64,000 bases of DNA from Gaiellales bacterium (GTDB lineage: Bacteria; Actinomycetota; Thermoleophilia; BMS3ABIN01), in assembly GCA_003599855.1 (NCBI GenBank), contig QZKG01000070.1:5698-69697 (forward strand), read 5' to 3'. Below the pieces are notes generated by a model. That model ran no database searches. It had not been told where the DNA came from and saw nothing but the letters and a program-made list of their open reading frames with translations. How positions within the stretch are numbered: the first letter of the stretch is position 1; each line of letters begins with the position of its first letter. This document shows positions 56,813 through 64,000 of this stretch, in pieces. A program made the position numbers and the translations under genes.

Positions 56813-58369
56813 TTGGCGCAGACAGACGACCACATACTTGCTTCGAATGACAGCCGCCGCGAGGACAAATGGAGTTTCCTGCCCTATGAACAGGAGCGGG
56901 AGATCCCCCGGCGCGAAGTGCAGATGCTGCGCGCCGTCCATGCGGTAGTAATACCGCTGGTCGACATGGTGACGCTGACGCTGGCCGTGGTGGTCTCATA
57001 CCTGCTGGTCAAGGACTGGGTCAACAGCGGCCAGCTGGAGGGGCTTTTGGGCAGGAGTCTCGGCGTCATCGACATCAAGGTCCTTTGGATCGGGCTGGCG
57101 ACCGTCCCCCTCTGGATGCTGGTTTTCGTCTATTACGGCGTCTACAGGCGCGAGACGCGGCGCCTCTCCATCTCCACATTCGACGAGCTGCCGCAGACCA
57201 TAGGGGCCATTGCCGTGGGAGCCTGGGTGATGTTCTCCTTCCTGGCGCTCATCAGCAAGGGCAGTCCCACCGGGCGCGCCCTCTGGGCTTTCGTCGCCGT
57301 CGTCTGGCTCCTGCTCATGATCCTGGTGCCCACCGGCCGCGCGCTGCTCAGGGTAGGGCTGTCATTCTATAACCCCTTCCGCTCCAGCACCCTCGTGGTC
57401 GGCGCCGGCGAGGTGGGGCGCAGCCTCATCGGCCGGCTGCAGCGCCACAAGGAATACGGACTACGTGTCGTCGGATTTCTCGACACATCGCCGCCGGGCG
57501 AGGGGGAAGATGCGTCGCAGGTGGAGATCCTCGGGCGGCCGTCCGACCTGATGTCCATCGTCGACCGCTTCGGCATCAGCCGGGTGATAATAGCTTTTTC
57601 AAGGACGCCCCACCCGCAGATGCTTGATATAATACACCAGTGCCAGGAGATGAAAGTCGACGTCAGCGTCGTGCCGCGTTTCTTCGAGGCGCTTTCGCCG
57701 AACGTGGAGATGGAGGATATCGAGGGGCTTCCGGTCATCAGCCTGCCCCGATACGCACGGCACGGGAGGATTCACCGGGCAGCGAAGCGGCTGATCGACC
57801 TGCTGGTAGCTTCCCTGGCGACGATCCTGCTCTCCCCCGTGCTGTTGCTGGTGGGGACGCTGATCAAGCTGGACTCACCCGGAACCGTCTTTTTCAAACA
57901 GGAAAGGATGGGCAGGGACCGCAAGCGGTTCATGATGTACAAGTTCCGCTCGATGAAGGTCGGAGCTGAAGGCGAGAGGGAACTGCTGGCTGACAGGAAC
58001 GAGACCACCGGGCCGATCTTCAAGATGAAGGACGATCCCCGGATAACCCGCGTCGGGCGGATCATAAGGCGTTTCAGCATCGACGAGCTGCCGCAGGTGA
58101 TCAATGTCTTTCGGGGCGAGATGAGCATCGTCGGGCCGCGTCCGCTGCCCGTGCATGAGGCAGAGCAGTGCACCGGCACCGCCGACATGAGGCACATGGT
58201 CCAGCCCGGGATAACCGGTCTCTGGCAGGTACTGGGGCGCAGTGACATCCCCTTCGAGGAGATGGTCCAGCTCGACTACCTCTACGTCACCAACTGGACG
58301 TTGAGGTGGGATATCAAGATAATACTCAGGACGTTTATCGCGATCGTGCGGAAGCGGGGGGCTTACTGA
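56813..58369 (+). CDS. Undecaprenyl-phosphate sugar-phosphate transferase (WcaJ/WbaP-like priming glycosyltransferase)
   Basis: KRLID, KFRSM, DDPRITRVG, DELPQ, MSIVGPRP and PGITGLWQV. Start uncertain. Confidence 0.9.
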   Translation: MAQTDDHILASNDSRREDKWSFLPYEQEREIPRREVQMLRAVHAVVIPLVDMVTLTLAVVVSYLLVKDWVNSGQLEGLLGRSLGVIDIKVLWIGLATVPLWMLVFVYYGVYRRETRRLSISTFDELPQTIGAIAVGAWVMFSFLALISKGSPTGRALWAFVAVVWLLLMILVPTGRALLRVGLSFYNPFRSSTLVVGAGEVGRSLIGRLQRHKEYGLRVVGFLDTSPPGEGEDASQVEILGRPSDLMSIVDRFGISRVIIAFSRTPHPQMLDIIHQCQEMKVDVSVVPRFFEALSPNVEMEDIEGLPVISLPRYARHGRIHRAAKRLIDLLVASLATILLSPVLLLVGTLIKLDSPGTVFFKQERMGRDRKRFMMYKFRSMKVGAEGERELLADRNETTGPIFKMKDDPRITRVGRIIRRFSIDELPQVINVFRGEMSIVGPRPLPVHEAEQCTGTADMRHMVQPGITGLWQVLGRSDIPFEEMVQLDYLYVTNWTLRWDIKIILRTFIAIVRKRGAY

Positions 58370-58453
58370 CGGACAGTCGAGCTGAGCCACTGTGACGGCG
58401 GTCGAGCGGTGCGGATAACGGGTTTTGGCCCACAGATGAGGCGGTAGGCGAAA

Positions 58454-59752
58454 TTGACTGAGAGCAAAGCAGGCAAGGGCGGGCAGACGGTTGTGATCGG
58501 ACTCGACGGGACTCCGTGGAGTTTTCTCAGCAAGGAGATGGAAGAAGGCAACCTGCCGCACCTGGCGGGCATCTTCTCGCGGGGCGCGTTCAACCGGATG
58601 ACGACCGAGATCCCGACGATATCATCCGTGGCCTGGGCCTCCTTCATGACCGGCAGGAACCCGGGCGAGCACGGCATCTACGGCTTCACTGACCGCAAAC
58701 CTGGGACCTACGACCTTTACTTCCCCAACTACAGCCATCTCAAGAGCGAGCCGCTCTGGGAGACTCTGGGCCGTAAGGGCAAGCGCTGTTGCGTGCTGAA
58801 TGTGCCCTCCACCTACCCCGCGCGACCGCTCAACGGTGTTCTCGTCTCTGGATTCGTGGCGCCCGACCTGGCGCGCGCGACCTATCCCGTCGAAGCGCTG
58901 GAATACCTGGAGAAGAGCGGCTACCGCATCGACGTCGACGCCGCCAAGGGGCGCGAGTCGCTGGACCTCCTGATCGATGATCTCCACGAGACCATGGAAA
59001 GGCGGCGGGACGCCATCCTGCATTTCTGGAACCAGGAAGCCTGGGACCTGTTTGTAGCTGTCTTCACCGGCACTGACCGGCTGCACCATTTCATGTGGCG
59101 GCATTACGATGAGGGGGACGGCGTATACTCGCGGGAGTTCCTGCATTACTACCGGCGCCTGGATGAGATCATCGGCGAGTTCGCCGCCGGCCTTCCGGAA
59201 GAAACCAGCCTCTTCATGCTATCGGACCACGGGTTCTGCTCCATCCGCTCCGAGGTCTACCTCAACTACTTCCTGAGGGAGATGGGCTATTTGTCCCTGA
59301 GGGAGGGGCGGGCGGTGACCATCGCCGACATGGATCCGGCCGGTACGCGCGCATACTGCATGGACCCCGGGCGCGTCTACGTTAACCTGCAGGGGCGGGA
59401 ACCGGGGGGGACGGTGCCCGAGAGCGCGTACGACGCCGTCCTGGACGAGCTGACCGAAGCGCTCCTGGGGATCACCGACCCCGAAACCGGGGAGCGTGTG
59501 GTGGCAACGGTGCACCGGCGGGACGAACTCTTCCATGGACCGCTGCTGGAGTCAGCCCCGGACCTGGTGGCCATGCCCGCGCAGGGTTACGACATCAAGG
59601 GCGCCATCGGCAGGCCGAAGGGCCTGGACCGCGGCCACCTGACGGGCATGCATACCCACGATGACGCCTTCTGGTACGCCTCTCCGGGAGCGGGAGCGAC
59701 TGTCAGCCACATCAGGGAAGCGGCTGCCGTCATCGCGGGTCAAGTCTCCTAG
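58454..59752 (+). CDS. Alkaline phosphatase superfamily (type I phosphodiesterase/nucleotide pyrophosphatase-like)
   Basis: IGLDG, SSVAWASFMTG.NPG.HG, TDRLHH, SDHGF and GMH. Confidence 0.85.
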   Translation: MTESKAGKGGQTVVIGLDGTPWSFLSKEMEEGNLPHLAGIFSRGAFNRMTTEIPTISSVAWASFMTGRNPGEHGIYGFTDRKPGTYDLYFPNYSHLKSEPLWETLGRKGKRCCVLNVPSTYPARPLNGVLVSGFVAPDLARATYPVEALEYLEKSGYRIDVDAAKGRESLDLLIDDLHETMERRRDAILHFWNQEAWDLFVAVFTGTDRLHHFMWRHYDEGDGVYSREFLHYYRRLDEIIGEFAAGLPEETSLFMLSDHGFCSIRSEVYLNYFLREMGYLSLREGRAVTIADMDPAGTRAYCMDPGRVYVNLQGREPGGTVPESAYDAVLDELTEALLGITDPETGERVVATVHRRDELFHGPLLESAPDLVAMPAQGYDIKGAIGRPKGLDRGHLTGMHTHDDAFWYASPGAGATVSHIREAAAVIAGQVS

Positions 59753-59781
59753 AAAAAGAATCATTGCCACAGGAACCGGAC

Positions 59782-61062
59782 ATGCGCACACCAGAGACGG
59801 CAAGCCCCGTCGAGAAAGCCGCCTTTGCGTGCCTGCTGCTGGCCCTGGCTCTCGCTTTGTTCTATCCGGAGTCGTTCATCCTGCCCCAGCCCGAGATCGC
59901 CGGCTTCAGGGTCGTGCCGCTGACTTGGGTGACGCCGATCATCGCCCTGGTCACCGTAGTGAGCCTTTTCATCCGCAGGAAGTCGCTGCGTTTCGCATGG
60001 ACAGATGCGGCCATGCTGGCTTTCTTCGCGTTCGTGATCGTGCGCACGGCGGTCTCCGGCTTCGAACTGCCTGGCGCTTTCAAGTACTTCATACTGGGCG
60101 CCGGGGCCTATTACCTGGCTGCGGTATCGTTGTCGAAGCCGCGGCTGCGCGAGGCGTTCCTCTGGTTTATCGCGGTCATCGTGCTCATCATCGCAGCATA
60201 TGGTTTTTTGGAGTTCGCGCTGCAGAAGAACCACCTGTTCCATGACCACATCGCCAGGATAGTCGTGGAGAGAGAGGACGGTGTGCACCGCAGCGGCTCC
60301 ACCCTGGCTCATCCCGTTGTCTACGGGGCGGTCCTGGTGCAGATCATACCGCTGCTGGCGCTGATGTGGCTGCGAGCCGGCAGCCATGCGGGCAGGGTGG
60401 CCGGGGGCATCGCTTCGATGGTCTCCATCACCGCGGTGGTGCTCACCTTCTCGAAGGGCAGCTGGATCGCGGTATCGTTTTACGGGGCCGCGCTGCTGCT
60501 GACCCTGCTCTACCGCAGGCCGGCTGGCGGGCTGAAGGTGATCATCGCCTCCCTGGCTGTTGCGATCACAGCGCTGGTTGTCTTTTGGAGGCAGATCTAC
60601 CAGGAGACGCTGGTGCGTTCCGAGGAGAGCGCGCTGGTCAGGCTGGCTACCTGGCAGGGAGCAGTCGAGGCCATCCGCGAGAGGCCCTGGATCGGGTACG
60701 GTTTCCGCCAGGGCAGGAAGAAGCTGGAGATGATGGATGTCGGCCAGAAATACTACGAGATGACATCCAGGGCCATACCGGTGGACAATAACTACCTCAG
60801 CCTGCTGCTCGACCTGGGTGTAGCCGGATTCATCCTGTGGCTGGCGTTCCTGGGCGCTGTCGCCGCTTCAGCCATCGGCGGCATGCTGTCGGGGAGACAT
60901 GACGAGTACTGGCTGGCTGCGATCCTGGCGTCCATGGTGGGCCTGGCGGTCACAGCGCTGACTTTCGAGGCCTGGATCTCCTGGCCGACGTTCATGCTGT
61001 TCATGGCTTGTGCCGGCACGGTCTCCGCCATTGTCCGTTCAGATCCTCCGGATCGACGGTGA
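59782..61062 (+). CDS. O-antigen ligase/Wzy_C family membrane protein (paralog of 55298-56593)
   Basis: RSGSTLAHP, TFSKGSWI, RPWIGYG and VDNNYL. Start could be TTG 59764. Confidence 0.8.
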   Translation: MRTPETASPVEKAAFACLLLALALALFYPESFILPQPEIAGFRVVPLTWVTPIIALVTVVSLFIRRKSLRFAWTDAAMLAFFAFVIVRTAVSGFELPGAFKYFILGAGAYYLAAVSLSKPRLREAFLWFIAVIVLIIAAYGFLEFALQKNHLFHDHIARIVVEREDGVHRSGSTLAHPVVYGAVLVQIIPLLALMWLRAGSHAGRVAGGIASMVSITAVVLTFSKGSWIAVSFYGAALLLTLLYRRPAGGLKVIIASLAVAITALVVFWRQIYQETLVRSEESALVRLATWQGAVEAIRERPWIGYGFRQGRKKLEMMDVGQKYYEMTSRAIPVDNNYLSLLLDLGVAGFILWLAFLGAVAASAIGGMLSGRHDEYWLAAILASMVGLAVTALTFEAWISWPTFMLFMACAGTVSAIVRSDPPDRR

Positions 61063-61189
61063 AGATACGGTTTTACGAGCACATCTGCTGCTCAGGCAGG
61101 GATATTCCCATGGTCATAAGCTATAATTATTATCAGGCAAGCTGGAATTTCATGCTGCTCACACGCTATGGGAAAGGGGTTACCCGGAT

Positions 61190-62845
61190 TTGGCCAGCAA
61201 GGTCGTTGTAATCGGAATCGACGGGGGGACGTTCGATCTGTTCATCCCGTGGATGGAGGCAGGCCATATGCCGGTGCTGGCTGAGCTCGTCCGGCAGGGG
61301 GTGCGCTCTGAACTGGCGACCACCTATCCTCCACTGACGTGTCCCGCATGGTGGTCCCTGTCCACGGGCAAGAACCCTGCCCGTTTCGGCTCCTACCATT
61401 TCTGGCAGATCGCCCCCGGCAGTTACGAGATCCGGCGGTCGAAGTCTTACGGACCCGGGAAGAACATGGAGTTGTGGAACCTCCTGAACGATGCCGGTTT
61501 CCGCTGCGGGATCATCAACAACCCGATAATGTTCCCCCCGGCCAGGATAGATGATTATGCGGTGGCCGGCTGTTTTGCCAGCGTGAAATCCGATTACACC
61601 TGGCCCAGGGAGTTCCGGAAGACGCTGGACGAGATCGCCGGCCCTGGCGGCTACGAGCTGGATTCCCTCACGGGGGAGAGCAAGTCAGACGAGGACACGA
61701 CCAGGGATTGCCTGAGGGTGCTCGAAAAACGCAGAAGGGTGATGACCCATCTTCTGGCTGCCGAAGACCGGCCGGACTTCTTCCTCGGCGTCATCACCGA
61801 GTCGGACCGGATGTGCCACCGGCTGCTGAATCGCGTCGGCAAGGGCGGGGAGCTGGCGGAGAGCTCGGAGCGGATGCTGATTGAATTCTTCCGCGCCATG
61901 GACTCGGCCATCGGCGACATGGTGGATGCGATCCACGAAGACGACTACCTGATAGTCATGTCGGACCACGGGTTCGGCAGGCGCGACCGCGGCTTCTACA
62001 TAAACGAGTGGCTGCGGCAGGAAGGGTACCTCGCCGTCCGGACGGGGTCGGTAGCCGGCAGGATCAAGAGCTCTGCGCGGCGCGGCGTGAACTCCGCCCT
62101 CAACAGGCTCGGCCTGCGGGACTTCATCAAGGCGAAGGTGCCCAGGAGCATCCTTACCAGGCTGGCGCCCGCGGGGGATGTCGAAGGAGAGGGGAAAGCC
62201 ATCTACGATTTCATCCAGAACGGGATGGTGGACTGGTCCAGGACCAGGGCCATCGCGCTCCAGGATGGCCTGATCTATTTCAACACCACCGACCGGCCCG
62301 AGGGCATCGTGCAGCCGGGCGAGGATTACGAGAGGTTCCGCGAGGAGCTGATCGAGAAGCTCGGCAATCTCACTGACCCGGATACGGGTGAGAGGCTGGC
62401 GACGGAAGTCCGGCGCAAGGAGGATATCTACCAGGGGGACTACATGGCAGAGGCGCCGGATGTCTACCTGGCTATCGAGGGCTACAGCATCGCGGCGTTC
62501 CCCAATATCCGGACCGACGGCAGGCTGATGGGCGAACTGGCCCTTGCCGGCCACAGGCAGGATGGCATGCTGATAGTGAGAGGACCCAACATCAGGGTCG
62601 GCGAGGAGATCGGCAAGGCCAACATAATAGACCTGGCGCCGACTGTCATGCATATCATGGGCGTCCCCGTGCCGGACGACATGGACGGCCGCGTGATCAG
62701 GGAGCTGTTCGTACCCGGGACCGGTCTTGCGGAGGCCGATGAAGCCTACCAGGAGGCAAGATATTCTGAAAAGGAAAGCGTCGAAGCGGACGCGGATGAA
62801 GACGAAGAGATACGCAAGCGTCTTGAAGAGCTTGGCTACCTGTAA
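61190..62845 (+). CDS. Alkaline phosphatase superfamily protein
   Basis: IGIDG, PPLTCPAW.S.STGKNP, SDHGF, GHRQDG, DLAPT and C-terminal RLEELGYL. Confidence 0.85.
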   Translation: MASKVVVIGIDGGTFDLFIPWMEAGHMPVLAELVRQGVRSELATTYPPLTCPAWWSLSTGKNPARFGSYHFWQIAPGSYEIRRSKSYGPGKNMELWNLLNDAGFRCGIINNPIMFPPARIDDYAVAGCFASVKSDYTWPREFRKTLDEIAGPGGYELDSLTGESKSDEDTTRDCLRVLEKRRRVMTHLLAAEDRPDFFLGVITESDRMCHRLLNRVGKGGELAESSERMLIEFFRAMDSAIGDMVDAIHEDDYLIVMSDHGFGRRDRGFYINEWLRQEGYLAVRTGSVAGRIKSSARRGVNSALNRLGLRDFIKAKVPRSILTRLAPAGDVEGEGKAIYDFIQNGMVDWSRTRAIALQDGLIYFNTTDRPEGIVQPGEDYERFREELIEKLGNLTDPDTGERLATEVRRKEDIYQGDYMAEAPDVYLAIEGYSIAAFPNIRTDGRLMGELALAGHRQDGMLIVRGPNIRVGEEIGKANIIDLAPTVMHIMGVPVPDDMDGRVIRELFVPGTGLAEADEAYQEARYSEKESVEADADEDEEIRKRLEELGYL

Positions 62846-62887
62846 TTCCCCACTGACGGCAATCTGCGATTGAAAGCAACGGAAACA

Positions 62888-64000
62888 ATGGATTCTGCCG
62901 CGCCCGGAAGCAGCGATAAACTGACCAGCATGGCGACTGGCGCCGGCATCAATTTCGCCGGCACCTTCCTGCGCGCCCTGCTTGGTTTCGGCTTCAGCTT
63001 CATGATCTCGCGGGTCTTGACGCTGTCGGACCTCGGCCTTTTCACGCTGGGCTCCACCATCGTGATCGTCCTCTACTATTTTTGCGTCATGGGCACCGAC
63101 TCAGGATTATGGCGCTATGTATCCGCATACCGCGCGAAGGGCGACATCGCCCGGGCCAACGGCGCCATCGCGGGCGCGTTATATCTTGCCTTGCCATTGA
63201 GCCTGGTTATGACCGTGGCGCTCCTGGTTGCGGCCGGCCCGGTCGCCACGGGCATTTTCAAGGAGCCCGACTTCACCGGCGCCCTGCGGGCATTCGCCCT
63301 GACTATCCCTTTGCTGGTGGCCGCGCGGATCTTCAACGCGGCCACCCAGGGCTTCCAGCAGATGAGGTATTCAGCCTATCGGGAGATGTCCGAGCAGGGC
63401 TTGCGGCTCCTGTTCACGGCGCTGCTGTTCATCGCGGGCTTCAGGCTCGGTGGAGCCCTGGCTGCCAACCTTGCCGCGGTGCTGGTGATAACAGTGATGT
63501 CGTTCATGTTCCTGGAGCGCGTAGCCCCCTCTGTGATGCGGAGGCACAACCACGTCTTCGAGCTGAAGACGCTCATGAGCTTCTCCATCCCCATGGGCGC
63601 TTCCCTGATCCTGACGCACATGATCCTCTGGAACGATACCATCCTCCTCGGGTATTTCGGGACGTCATCCGACGTCGGACTCTACAGTGTCGCCATCAGG
63701 CTCATCGTCGTGGCCGCCATCATGCAGACATCATTCAACACGATGTTCGCGCCCGTCATCTCAGACCTGCATACGCGGGGTCTGCATGAGGACCTCGAAG
63801 AGATGTTCAAACGCGTGACGCGCTGGGTCGTGACCCTCAGTTTGCCGATCTTCCTGCCGTTGATGCTGTTCGGCTCGAACGTGCTGCTCATCTTCGGCGA
63901 GCGTTTCACCGTGGTATACCTGAGCCTTGCCATATTATCGCTGGGGCAGCTCGTCAACGTCTCCACGGGGCCGGTCGGCGGCATGATCTGCATGTCAGGG
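62888..64000 (+). CDS. Wzx/MOP-family flippase (3' truncated; absent from the ORF track because it has no stop in the window)
   Basis: Reads MDSAAPGSSDKLTSMATGAGINFAG...SDLGLFTLG...WNDTILLGYF..SSDVGLYS...FAPVISDL to the window end. Confidence 0.85.
   Translation, partial: MDSAAPGSSDKLTSMATGAGINFAGTFLRALLGFGFSFMISRVLTLSDLGLFTLGSTIVIVLYYFCVMGTDSGLWRYVSAYRAKGDIARANGAIAGALYLALPLSLVMTVALLVAAGPVATGIFKEPDFTGALRAFALTIPLLVAARIFNAATQGFQQMRYSAYREMSEQGLRLLFTALLFIAGFRLGGALAANLAAVLVITVMSFMFLERVAPSVMRRHNHVFELKTLMSFSIPMGASLILTHMILWNDTILLGYFGTSSDVGLYSVAIRLIVVAAIMQTSFNTMFAPVISDLHTRGLHEDLEEMFKRVTRWVVTLSLPIFLPLMLFGSNVLLIFGERFTVVYLSLAILSLGQLVNVSTGPVGGMICMSG

Overview
GC-rich window from a probably anaerobic, monoderm bacterium. 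A class E-like sortase, LPxTG proteins and leaderless genes suggest Actinomycetota, possibly Thermoleophilia-like; this is inference, as no marker gene is present. The centre (27.6-55.3 kb) is a near-complete Wood-Ljungdahl pathway cluster: fhs, acsV/RACo, cooC/acsF, folD, acsD-cooS-acsB-acsC, a GltD/ferredoxin/MvhD-like fusion, metV-metF, acsE, a degenerate NuoE/NuoF-like fusion, nfnAB, and a 1393-aa selenocysteine formate dehydrogenase with an inserted NfnB/GltD-type module. The ORF track splits that enzyme at its UGA. Both main promoters carry Rex-like operators, and the acs operon has a long structured leader. The left arm holds glycoside hydrolases, two GT-C glycosyltransferases, a tiny sorted surface peptide, and a membrane-anchored ECF sigma/anti-sigma fusion that shares an identical promoter motif with an adjacent His-to-Asp sortase. 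It also holds a PAS/GAF-PP2C sensor, superoxide reductase and rubrerythrin, UDG and SRAP, and housekeeping genes. The right arm starts a cell-surface polysaccharide locus. I saw no rRNA, tRNA, CRISPR array or transposase. All product calls come from motif recognition, not database searches.
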